A stretch of DNA of 61,555 bases, counting the filler, from Stramenopiles sp. TOSAG23-6 (Eukaryota), in NCBI GenBank assembly GCA_900128565.1. It is 2 parts of 2 records of this genome, joined end to end, with 100 filler letters (N's around TTAATTAATTAA, not from the genome) between each part and the next. Parts side by side here need not be neighbours in the genome. Positions count along the whole stretch, not along the records: positions 30,842 to 61,555 come from LT635965.1; 1 more part is not named here. One strand, written 5' to 3'. Below are positions 35,223-46,063 of the stretch, one piece after another. Below the pieces are notes generated by a model. That model worked only from the letters and a program-made list of their open reading frames with translations. It did no database searches and was not told the origin of the DNA. Positions within the stretch are counted from its first letter, which is position 1; each line of letters opens with the position of its first letter. Both the position numbers and the translations under genes were made by a program.

Positions 35223-37983
35223 CTACGATGTGATGTTGCTATCGGAATCTCCAAAAGATGTTAGATTTGTTAATCTTGCAACTTCATCGGCCAGTCGCTC
35301 ATTCCAAGCTTCATTACTCGAATTTTGTTCAATATTTTGAACGTCATTTCTTGAATTTTCTGAAAATATTTGATTATTCATTTGATCGTATTGTGAAGGT
35401 AAAGAGGTGTTATATGCAGAAGGAAATTTTTCATCTTGTGTATACGCTACATCATCATAATTATTATAAAAATTCGGTACATTCGGTACATATGAAGATT
35501 TTGCCATGAAATTCATTTGTCCATTCATTTGTCCATTCATTTGTCCATTCATTTGTCCATTCATTTGAGATATTGAAGTTGTACCAACATTAGGACCATT
35601 GACAAATGAATCATTCAGAAAATTACTATTTGGATTATTCAGAAAATTACTATTTGGATTATTCAATCTTTCAGAATTATGAGAAATATTCTGCGAAGTT
35701 GTTTTATCATAACTTGCACTTATTTTTGCGGTAATAACTTCTGCTGGAGTTTTACTCCGATGTAAATTTGAGTTGATATTACTACTACTATCATTTGTTG
35801 TTGTTGCTACATTAGTTAACCACTGTTCCCTAAGTTTACCGAGTTGAATTTTCAATGATAATTCTGCATCATTATCAACACCAACTGTAGATGTTTCAGA
35901 AATATTTGTACCAAATTTCGTACCTAATAAATTCAAGTAATTAGTATTCATATTTGAATTAGTATTCATATTTGAATTAGTATTCATATTTGAAGTAGTA
36001 TTCATATTTGAATATCTATTAGAACCAGGTAACACATTGGAAGCATTTATACTAGAATTTCTTACTTGAGCAGGTGATAAATTCTGCGCGTCATTAGTAA
36101 AAGATTGATTATTACCATTATACTGTTGATTTGAATTAGAATGCATTGAATCATTAAACACTGTATTTGTATAATTTGGGCGATTATTATTATTATTCGA
36201 ATTTGTTGAAGGGTTAGGGTTATTTTTGTGAGACGAAATATCATGAGAAAATCGGCATTTTTTTCCTTTTTTACAGCGACCTTTGGCAAAATAAGTACAC
36301 ATAGGCTTTTGTTTCTTCATATTTGTTTTTGTATATTTTGTATTTCGATTTGAAATATTATTATTATTCATATTATGAGCACCTTGAAAGCCTGCATTGA
36401 GATCGGTTTGTGTATCATGAGGATATACGCCTGATGAATCGTTTTTCCATGATGAAAATTGTTTTTTTGGTGATACAAATCGATTTTTTGGATTAGGGTT
36501 AGGGTTTGGTGATACAAATCGATTTTTTGGATGAGTTGTATTACCTCTACTTGGAGAAAACTGTTGATAATTATTCGTTTTTTGCTTCTGCTTTCTTAAT
36601 TGTTCAGAACGAGTTTTTGCTAGTAAATTTTGTAGATCGTTTTTTGATCCATTTTGTTGTTGTTTCAATCGATTCATTTCTTGTATTTTTTGCATTTGTT
36701 GTCTCTGAGATTCCCTTTCAAGTTTTAGAGATTCTGAGATAGCCAAGCTCAGATCATCTTCCTCCTTTTTACGTCGCGCTATTTCTAATTTATGAAGTCT
36801 CTCACGATCTCGTCTTTGAATTCGCTGTTTTTCGGCTAATTCTTGTTTTTTAAGTGCTTCTTTGAGGTCTTTCTGTTTCTTCTGTTTTTTAAGTGCTTCT
36901 TTGAGGTCTTTCTGTTTCTTCTGTGCAGATAGAACATGTTGTAGTGAACGTTTTACACTCTTTTCTGAGTGATTTGATGCTCGTCTTGCACACTGTGCTG
37001 CATGTTGAGTAGCAAACTTCACTTTTTGCCTTTTTTTCATTTTTCTCTCGTTCTACAAGTTTTAACGATGATGCTAGAGCAGCTTTCATACTCAATTCTT
37101 CTTGTTTTTTAATTCGAATTTCATCTGCACGTGCTTGTTCACGCTTTCTTTCGGCATCTTCCTTTGCTTTTCGTTCTATTTCTCTAGCTTTTTTTTGAGA
37201 TTTTTCAAGATTGATTCGTTTTTGTTCAGCTATTTTCTTTTTTTCTTCATCTTTGGCCTTCGCTTTGGCTGCTTTAGCCAGTTCACGTTCTTTCTTTTTT
37301 TCCATTTGTCGTTTTTTCTTTCTGTCTTTCTTACGCTGTTTCTTAGTTCGTTTATCTTTCTCTTTTTCCTCTTCTCTTAGTAACTCTTCAGCAGCTTTGT
37401 CCGCCGCAGCACTTCTTTCAGCAAAACTTTCTTGAGGTTTTTCACTTTCTTGAGAACTTGCTCTACGGCATCGATTACTTGAATTATTATGGTATGATCT
37501 ACTATAGTAGTATTCGTCTTCTGATTCCTCATCGTCACTAGCAAACATCATTTCTCCCATCATTCCAATAGGAATTGGCATACCGTTCATAAATACAAAA
37601 GGAATCCCTGGAGAACTATCGCGTCCATATTGACCTCTTCTTCTTCGACTACGACGATTACCCTGGTGAAATACGTTACGAAGTTTCATTTCCATCATCA
37701 TTTCGAATATATGAGACATAAACTCTTCCCCATCTATGCAACAGTCATCTTCATCAGTTTCCTCACCCCGCAGTTCTTCAGTCTCTAATCTCTGAAAGGC
37801 TTCACTAAGTGCCTGGAATTTCTCAGTTGCTACATCTGTTGGGTCTGCCGTATTTTTATCAGGATGCAACTGTAACGCTCTAGTACGATATGCTTTTTTT
37901 ACGGCTGAATCAGAATTTGCGCTGTTGGGCGACAACTGTAGTATTTCGAGCGCTTCACTGCGGCTCATGCGATCCGCTGCCAT
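35223..37983 (-). CDS. J-domain protein with coiled coil, CCCH zinc finger and Asn-rich tail; one +1 frameshift near 37035
   Basis: VKKAYRTRALQLHPDKN..FQALSEAF; CTYFAKGRCKKGKKCRFSH; the two ORFs overlap and share the LAxSLKLE coiled-coil repeat. Confidence 0.8.
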
Positions 37984-38552
37984 TTTTATACGGTGACTAT
38001 ATCTAAATCAACTATACTCAATAAAGTTAAAACAGGAGTAGTAACTATGCCTACAAATGATTCACCGACTTAAATTGAATAAAGCCAGATGACCAATGTA
38101 CACTATATGAGTTGTTACAGAATTGGAAAAAATATNCCTGCCACTAGTCACTCACAACGTGTAGAAGTATGATATTGAGTCAGTGCAGCCCGCACACAAT
38201 TGACCGCACATCATTAGGTACGGATATTCGTACCAAATCCAAATTTAAATCACGAAAAATATTAGAAAGAAATGGTAAATAAATTAGTAAATTGGCTTCA
38301 ATCAAGTAAAAAACCTAAAAACCGCTAAAAACCCCCAAAAAAAGTTTAAAAAACCAAAAAAAACAAAAAATTCAAGAAAAAATTCAAGAACAATTTCAAA
38401 CAATTTGCAAAATTTCAAAAATATCATGGTTGATAATTTATAAATATATGATAAACCAATTTAATGAAAAATTGGAATTTTAATTACGAAAAAATGGTAG
38501 GAACAATGTTCAAATGTTTACGAATGTTCAACAACGACTTGCTAACTTTGCT

Positions 38553-39272
38553 CTAACTTTGATTTATGTGATCAAGTACCATTTGTAGCATACGCTGTGC
38601 AAAAACATCAATAGTATCACCTATGGGACCAAAAGTAGCACCCATTTCCTCTCTAACTTGCATTAAATTATGTCGGGTGATTAAGATTTCGTTCTTTGAC
38701 AATTTTTTATCGCCATTTAAGTCAGCAAAGCGAAAAAGAATTTGAGGCCATTTTTCTCTAGTTATATCGTACACAGTGATGTGGTTGTCATTATTTGTAT
38801 CAATTGCATGAAATAATCTTTGGAAACTTCGTTTTAATAGTGAAGGTTGTGAAAGACTTGGTGGTGTCGGTGCTGTCGCTGTTGGTGCTTTTTCATTCTT
38901 TTTCTCGTTTTTCTCGCCTGTTTTCTTCTCGCTCTCGTTTTTATGGTTTTTATCACCTTTAGTTGATGTTTTCTCTGTTTTCTTATCATCTGTTTTCTTT
39001 TCAGTGCTACCTTCGGTTGATTCACCTTTATCTTCATTTGTTCCCACTGCTTTTCTTCTAGCAAACCGAAGTACATGGCCAAAGTCGTCCAACTCTGATA
39101 ATACCTCAGTAGTCGCTACAGTCAACCTGTTTCGTGACCGTGCCACCGTTTCTTTTTGTTTCGGTTTTGTGGTTTTTGCTGTAGATAGAGCAGACAAACG
39201 AAGCCGTGGGCGAGCATATGTAACGCTGGTAATAGTTAAAAGATACAAGGAAAACGTACCAGGGAATCTCAT
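38553..39272 (-). CDS. Secreted EF-hand protein
   Basis: N-terminal hydrophobic signal; DTNNDNHITVYD and DLNGDKKLSKNE loops. Confidence 0.75.
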   Translation of the reverse strand: MRFPGTFSLYLLTITSVTYARPRLRLSALSTAKTTKPKQKETVARSRNRLTVATTEVLSELDDFGHVLRFARRKAVGTNEDKGESTEGSTEKKTDDKKTEKTSTKGDKNHKNESEKKTGEKNEKKNEKAPTATAPTPPSLSQPSLLKRSFQRLFHAIDTNNDNHITVYDITREKWPQILFRFADLNGDKKLSKNEILITRHNLMQVREEMGATFGPIGDTIDVFAQRMLQMVLDHINQS

Positions 39273-39621
39273 TATTTAATGCTCACAACAGAATAATTAT
39301 CTTTATCTTACAAAACTTTCTCTCAGGCTTTTTTTTCAATTTTGAATTCCAAAAAAATTCAAATTTTTTTCGATTTTAAAATTTTTTTTTCAACATCATG
39401 CAACAGAGCAGGTCTGTTCCGTTTTTTCCCCTTTTTTTTTCCTTTTGTCTTTTTGTTTCTCTCAAAAATTTTCGAAGATACGATTTGAGAGATTGTACTA
39501 CAGTGGTAAAGATATCGGATATTCTACGTAGTATCACGACTCTGTTGAATAAAGTAGAAGAATAGGCTCTACAACTTTTGGCAACAACACAAAAAAATAT
39601 TAACATTATTTAAAAAAAGGT

Positions 39622-41214
39622 ATGGCGAGTATTGGAGTGAATGCTTTATTGACAAAAGCAAAGAAATCTATGGGTATTGAGAAAAAATGTTTAGCTGAAG
39701 TTTTAGACATGAAAGAAAAGATGGAACAATTAGAACTATCTAATCAGGTATTAAGAGAAGATTGTGAGGCATTATTGAAAGAATCAAAAGCAATAAAAGA
39801 ATCTTTTGATGCAGATACGACATCCAAAAATAAAGCAAGTGAAATAGTAGAAGAAGGTTATGAAAGGGAAATGAAAAATATGAAGACGGAAGCTAGTTCC
39901 ATATTGTGGCATTTATACGCACAGGAAGCACTAGCACTTGAAAGTGCCAATACTTTACAACGTGATTATGAGATTGCATATTCAAAAAAGTGTGAAGCCT
40001 TAGAAATTTCAAATGCTTGTGTTGAGTTGCTAGAAGAAGAAATAACGGAGATGGGGTCTCTTGTTTCCAATCGCTCTGAAGTTCTTCAAAGATCGGCTTT
40101 ACACGCACTAGAGGAAGTTGAAAAGAAACGAAGAGCTTTTGGGCGCGATACCGATGCTAAAATAGCAGAGTTCATCGCAGAAAATGAAGCCAATATTCTT
40201 GTTTCTAATGCAACTAGATATGCAGAAAGTGAAATGATTATTGCTGACGAAGCAGAAGAAAGTAAAAATAGAGCTTTGGTTTTGGCTAAAAAGTTAAAAG
40301 TTTTATTTGAAAGAGCAGAAAATGAAGCTCAATTGGAATGCAGAAGAGTTGATATTGCCTTCAATGAAGTAAATGAAGCTAAAAAGGCTGAAGCTTCAAT
40401 GTATCGATTATTACAAGAGAGTAAAGAGGAAGACGAGCTAAAAGCTCTCACTCGACAAAAGAGCCTTGAAGCAATGATGAAAATTGCAAACAACGAAGCA
40501 ATGGCAGTCTCTGAGCAAAGGCTGACTGTAACAAATATGCTTGAAAAAAAAGCTGAATCAACGAGAGTATTAAAAAATACACATTCTCGTAATATTGAAG
40601 AGTTGGAAGAAAAATATCATCGAGAAATGGGTGAAAAATTAGAAAATTTACAACGAGAGTTCAGAGTTGCTCGACATCGTGAGACTACAAATACGAACCG
40701 AACAAATACGCGTAAAATAAAAGCATTGAAAAAAGAACTCCGTGATGCAACGACAGCTTTACAGCTATGCAAGCGTAAAGATAAGTTAGCCAGTGAGGCT
40801 GAAAACGAAAGAGAAAACAATGAAGAAAATAGAATAATAGCCAAGAGACACTTAGAAGCGTTAGAGAGACAAGCGGAGCGTCATCGAAATGAACTTCAAA
40901 AGCTTGAAGCTCAAAAACATGAATCTAAAGAAGCAACACATTTAATAAAGACATTGCAGAATGAAATTATATCAATGAGAGACAATGAAGCACTCACAAT
41001 GAAAAATATGGAAAAAACGATTTCATCACAAAAAGCGAAAATGACAACATGGGAAGCCATGTCTCAGTCAATTGCTCAATCAGTGAAAGAAACAACTCTT
41101 TCTCATGAAAAAGAACTTTCAACATTAAAAAGTGAACACAAAAAAATATTAGAAAACCAATTATTACTAGCGAAACAAAAACATGAAGATAAATTGACAA
41201 GTGTTGTAAAATAA
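39622..41214 (+). CDS. Long coiled-coil protein, function unknown
   Basis: 530-aa E/K/A/L-rich ORF. Confidence 0.8.
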   Translation: MASIGVNALLTKAKKSMGIEKKCLAEVLDMKEKMEQLELSNQVLREDCEALLKESKAIKESFDADTTSKNKASEIVEEGYEREMKNMKTEASSILWHLYAQEALALESANTLQRDYEIAYSKKCEALEISNACVELLEEEITEMGSLVSNRSEVLQRSALHALEEVEKKRRAFGRDTDAKIAEFIAENEANILVSNATRYAESEMIIADEAEESKNRALVLAKKLKVLFERAENEAQLECRRVDIAFNEVNEAKKAEASMYRLLQESKEEDELKALTRQKSLEAMMKIANNEAMAVSEQRLTVTNMLEKKAESTRVLKNTHSRNIEELEEKYHREMGEKLENLQREFRVARHRETTNTNRTNTRKIKALKKELRDATTALQLCKRKDKLASEAENERENNEENRIIAKRHLEALERQAERHRNELQKLEAQKHESKEATHLIKTLQNEIISMRDNEALTMKNMEKTISSQKAKMTTWEAMSQSIAQSVKETTLSHEKELSTLKSEHKKILENQLLLAKQKHEDKLTSVVK

Positions 41215-41431
41215 AATTTGAATAAATATTAAATCGAATTTTAAATTTAAAATTTCGAATTTAAATTTCGAATCTCAAATCGACTAAAAAATACCTTTTT
41301 TTTTTTAGTTTTTTTACCCGTGGACCCAAGAAATACAACTTTTAGCAGTCTTCCTTGAGCATCGCTCTTTCTCAATTTATATTTATTGAATTGATGCTTT
41401 TACGATAAAAAAACGTTAAACGTATTCTCAA

Positions 41432-41737
41432 ATGACGTCTAATGTAACACAGATAGAAAAATGCTCGACAGATACATTGTTTTCTTTGATGTTGATGGAC
41501 AAAATTAGCACGAAAGGTACAACAGAAAAACCATCTTTAGCGTCATCTTCTTGTTCAAACTTTTCCAAAGTCACAAAACGTTTTGAGGATACTGGGAAAG
41601 AGTTATCATCCTTAATACCATCATTAGATTATAAGCACGAACAATCAAGACAATGCAGTGTTTCAAAATACAACTATGCAGAGTTACAATATGACTTATT
41701 GCAACAAAAGTTCGATAGTGTCAAAAATAGTAGTTAA
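41432..41737 (+). CDS. Possible small hypothetical protein
   Basis: 101-aa ATG ORF filling an intergenic space; no recognisable motif. Confidence 0.3.
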   Translation: MTSNVTQIEKCSTDTLFSLMLMDKISTKGTTEKPSLASSSCSNFSKVTKRFEDTGKELSSLIPSLDYKHEQSRQCSVSKYNYAELQYDLLQQKFDSVKNSS

Positions 41738-41783
41738 AAAAAATATTAATCAAATAAAGTCTCTTTTAGTACGTAAAAAGTAT

Positions 41784-43400
41784 TTATTTTAAAACACAAA
41801 CAACTGTTGATAAAATTCCGGCAATAGAACCACCGATTAGAAGAGTCCAAGTAGCCACACGATGAAACTTTGATCTCTTCATGACGTTAGGGTCATTATC
41901 TAACTTGATGGCAAATAATGCAGGCAACACAAAACAAACAAATGCAGACGCAGTACTCCCCATCAATTCGAATACATAAGACAATTCTGGTACAAATAAC
42001 GCAACGACTAAGGCGCCAGTACAAAGTATCAGTGTAAGAATAATATGTCGAGTGTGCGAAAATGGAGGATTAGATTCTTTTCCACGTAAAGCATACTTAT
42101 AAATCATCACATCAAAGGTATAGCGACAAGGGAAAATATTCAACGGGAACGCCAGAACGACTGTAGTAGCAAACGCTGCAAAACCAATAGCCATCATAGG
42201 CTGTTTTTGTGGATCAAAATTAAGTAAAATATCATCTTGTGTGTATTGTGCAAAGTCTAAGTAACCAGCCAACCCAATTAAGACATATAATGAAAACGTT
42301 AATAAGACAGAACGGTTCACTACTTTATTCATACGTCTTTCCGAAGGACGTTCTAATTCATTCTGTATTTGAAACACATTTACTTGGCACGTGAATGCAA
42401 ACATCATTATTGGCATAGCTTTAAAAATATCCCAATCTAATCGACCCCATCCGTGAATCTCAGGTTGAGTATCTAGAGGATAGTCCGAACCACCACCAAA
42501 TGAATGATTATGACTAAAATCACCAATTGAGTGTACTACAGTTGCCATGACAACATATATAATAGATAATACACCTATCAAGGACGTGTATCGAAGAGAA
42601 TTCATCTTTTCTACAAATGAAAGAGGAAGCATGATCAATAACCAGAAAAAAACAGTAGCGAGCGTCAGAGTTCCACATTGTTCATTTGTTAGCAGATGAT
42701 TATCTTTATTGCTGCTACAGTATGGTGATGAAAAGAAGTGCCAGCTATTAAACGGGTGCATGACTACAATTGTTTTTCCCATGTCATTTACGGTTTTAAT
42801 ATATGCTGCTGAAGTACCGAAACAGAATATGATTATATTAAGTTCAACAATGACGCCCATAATTTTTCCAAACATAAACACAGTAAGTTCTTCATAAGAC
42901 TTAAGTTTTGTAACTCTACGAACGTATAACATTAATCGTATGGAATAAATTGTAGCAATAACACTAACAATTAATAAACCAAGTCCAAGGCAAATCCCGC
43001 ATTCTCTAAATGTGTTAGGTAACGCAAGACAACCTGCACCAAGAGTGGCAGAACATAAATTAAATACACTACCACGAATACTACCTTTTCGCATGTAATC
43101 AGAACATGTACGTTTCTCACCCGTTTCCTCATCAACAACACCTCGAAACACGTCCAAGAACGGCGTCGGTGGAATCACGGGAGAAGCGAAAGCAGACATT
43201 TGTCGTTCTTTATCACCTTCGATATATCTTTCAATCTCTTCTGGATCATCTGGATTAAAAAGTGGTTCTAATTGCGATGAGTATGCAATTACAGCAGCGT
43301 TATTTGGAGGTGTTCGGGAACCTCTGGGACCACGGTAAGAAGACGGCCTCGAGTTGGACTCTATCGCAGAAATTAGTGGCTCGTTAAGGTTTTTTGACAT
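41784..43400 (-). CDS. AAAP/SLC38-type amino acid transporter
   Basis: GSVFNLCSATLGAGCLALP, MFAFTCQVN, multiple TM helices. Confidence 0.92.
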   Translation of the reverse strand: MSKNLNEPLISAIESNSRPSSYRGPRGSRTPPNNAAVIAYSSQLEPLFNPDDPEEIERYIEGDKERQMSAFASPVIPPTPFLDVFRGVVDEETGEKRTCSDYMRKGSIRGSVFNLCSATLGAGCLALPNTFRECGICLGLGLLIVSVIATIYSIRLMLYVRRVTKLKSYEELTVFMFGKIMGVIVELNIIIFCFGTSAAYIKTVNDMGKTIVVMHPFNSWHFFSSPYCSSNKDNHLLTNEQCGTLTLATVFFWLLIMLPLSFVEKMNSLRYTSLIGVLSIIYVVMATVVHSIGDFSHNHSFGGGSDYPLDTQPEIHGWGRLDWDIFKAMPIMMFAFTCQVNVFQIQNELERPSERRMNKVVNRSVLLTFSLYVLIGLAGYLDFAQYTQDDILLNFDPQKQPMMAIGFAAFATTVVLAFPLNIFPCRYTFDVMIYKYALRGKESNPPFSHTRHIILTLILCTGALVVALFVPELSYVFELMGSTASAFVCFVLPALFAIKLDNDPNVMKRSKFHRVATWTLLIGGSIAGILSTVVCVLK

Positions 43401-43760
43401 GCTAACGTTTTAACGTTCAACGCAATACGTCGAATACTGTGCCACTTAGAGAATGTCTTTCAAATGTGTGTGTTACGTGGTGGACTTGGCAATTCAAATG
43501 AATTTTCTATAGAGGAGAGAAATGGCGTGAATGCGGGTATTCCTTTGACAGTTTGCTTTCGCAAAGAATATAGACTAGGCGGAGAAAGTGATGCGAAAGT
43601 GATTGACCTTTTTTCCAAAAACACAATTATAACAACTTTTGCTACCTTGTCATAATTTTTAATTCATTTGCTCCTACAAATGGTACCCGGATCCATACTT
43701 GCATAAATTAAATGAATTTCAACAGTTTTTTGTAGTTTTGTATGTACATTTTTATTATTA

Positions 43761-45849
43761 TTAAAGTCCTATCCAATGCGACTGACCATTTACATTATGT
43801 ACACTTGACAATACAGGTGTCACTACTGACCATTCGTACCAAACTTTTGTACTTGAAACACAACGCCACATATGAAGTTCGATTTCTTCACCCTTTTTAC
43901 AATAAAATGGTGTTTTTAAAGGTAAGTACAATGGGAACCAACTAAACATTCCTAAAGAAAAAGTCTTTGGATTAATTGATATAAAAGCATCACAATCCTC
44001 TGGAGATAAAATTTCATAATTTTGTTCAATTGATTTTTTTGATTTTGGTACGGAATTTTGTACTATTTTACTTTTACTTTCTTGTCGTTGGTGTAAAGGA
44101 GATTCAAAATAACCAGCAAAGCCATGAACCATTGTCCCTTCTTTTTGTTTGAATTTTAAAATTTTGTACCTGTTATTATTTATATCACTTATAGGACGTA
44201 AAGGATGATTAAATGTAAAACAAGGTTTTGCTTCAGCTAATTGTTTAAAATTATGCATTTTAACCACATATCCAGTTTCAAATGGTTTTTTTGTTGGATG
44301 GGAATGAGCCCGCACCTTATTCCATAATTTTGATGATGTTATTGGTGCAACAAATGATGTATATTGACAAGGAATACTGACACCCGTATCTTTCAAAAAT
44401 GTTTGAACACCATATAAACATTCAGGTGAAAGCTCATGAATTGTGGAAAAATATTTCAAAAAAATCTAAAAAAATTTGTTAGGTACAAAATTTCTTATGA
44501 AAAAATAAATTCGAAATTGAAAAAAAAGTAAAACATACATTATCACTAAAGGAACCTAGTAATTCACTAATCATTATATCTGCCTTGACAGGTGCGTTCC
44601 AATGACGCATATCACAGGACACAATAACGACGTCTTCACCCCACTGTAAATCATTATGAAGGCTTTTTAATGTAACTACTGCATTTTGATTTTTTTCAAC
44701 TGCATAAATCTTCACTTTTTGGCCGACTTTCTCAGAAGCTCTTAATGCAGCTCTTATGAGTGGACCTCTACCAGCACCAACAACCATGATGATTGGTACT
44801 AATGTACCTGTTCCCTCTCTTATATGACGTTTTTTAAGTTCTTCTAAAGCATGAAAAGTCGCATTTTCATACTCTTTATATTTGACTGGATCACGCTCAA
44901 ATACTTCATACGTCGCCGATTCTAAATTGTCCATTAAAGGCTGTAGTGGAGCTTGCAACACATCATAATACGGTTCCTCAAATAAATCAGCTTCTGTAGG
45001 TACATCCTGAGTCTTACTCATATGATTGATATATAATGCATACACTCCTAATCCGTTATTGTGAAGACTATTACCTCGAATAAGCACCTGAACTTTAGAA
45101 CTCATTAAAGCTCTTAAAATTTTTTGGTGTTGACGAGACAAAGTTGGAAAACCAGAGGAATTTGTCAGAAAAATTTCTGTTGGAATAACTACTGCTTTTA
45201 TAGGTTCAGATAGCCAACGGGTTTGTTCTTCCCATGAAGGTAGATTTTTAGTGAATACTAGACACACAAAAAGACTTGGGGAGTGGTTGCACATACAACG
45301 AAAACGATTCCACGCTTCCCAAGGGTCAGCCGATACGTCAAGAGAAGGTTGGTTGTCATTAGACATATCAGATATATCACTTGTCAATGTATTCCTATAT
45401 GCCAGTGGTACTTCTACCCACATTTGAGCATGTCCAGGTATTGCAACCTTTTGGCTGATACAGCGAGCATAGTTTATACAGTTGTAGTAAAGAGGTGGAA
45501 GGAGAATAGCTGGAACGGATAAGTGTGTGGCCCACGCCAACTCTTGAAATAAAGTTTTCTCAGCAGTGGCACGGACATTATCTGAAACAGAGTCCAAATT
45601 AAACCATCGAGATATTTTACCTACTATCATAGTGGTCCATTGTCCACTAGGCATCACTTTATCCGTTCGTGTAAATGGGCCTTGGCGTCCCGCTGATATG
45701 CCGTTGTCATCCCGATGGAAACGAGGATGCACTAATGGAGCTACAACAAAATCAAAGTGTTCCTTTACGGCATTATTTAAACTTTCCACTAAATCAGGGC
45801 AACAGTGCAGGTCTAATCCAGTGAATGTCCGAGGGCGACTTGCAGTCAT
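43761..45849 (-). CDS. PRMT5: Protein arginine N-methyltransferase 5 (2 exons)
   Basis: LQAPLQPLMDNLESATYEVFERDPVKY, VVGAGRGPL, SELLGSFSDN|ELSPECL, GMFSWFP, KVWYEW. Confidence 0.97.
44436..44538 (-). mobile_element. Introner-type intron, GT-AT
   Basis: Precise removal restores the double-E loop GSFSDNELSPECL. Confidence 0.95.
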
Positions 45850-46063
45850 TGCTCGTAAAGTACTACTTTTTGTAGTAGAGGTAGGTAAACTTAACACTAC
45901 TACCTGGTGGATGATCATTGATCTGTCACCCGGTGACACGTGTTCACACATGAAATCAATCGCAATCCACCGAGCTTCCGAGCTCGCTCTCGTCTCGTCT
46001 ACTCATTTGATAATAAAAATAGTACTTTTTTGAAATTTCTTTGAAAATCGAAAGACGGTTCTA

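Noticed and set aside
44436-44540. Reading the introns as U12-type AT-AC by sliding 2 nt
   Set aside because: The donor lacks ATATCCTT; the AC is not conserved (TC, AT, GT variants); the upstream dinucleotide varies (CT, GA, AG, TA); the 30529 junction favours GT...AT. Formally ambiguous where the duplication is perfect.
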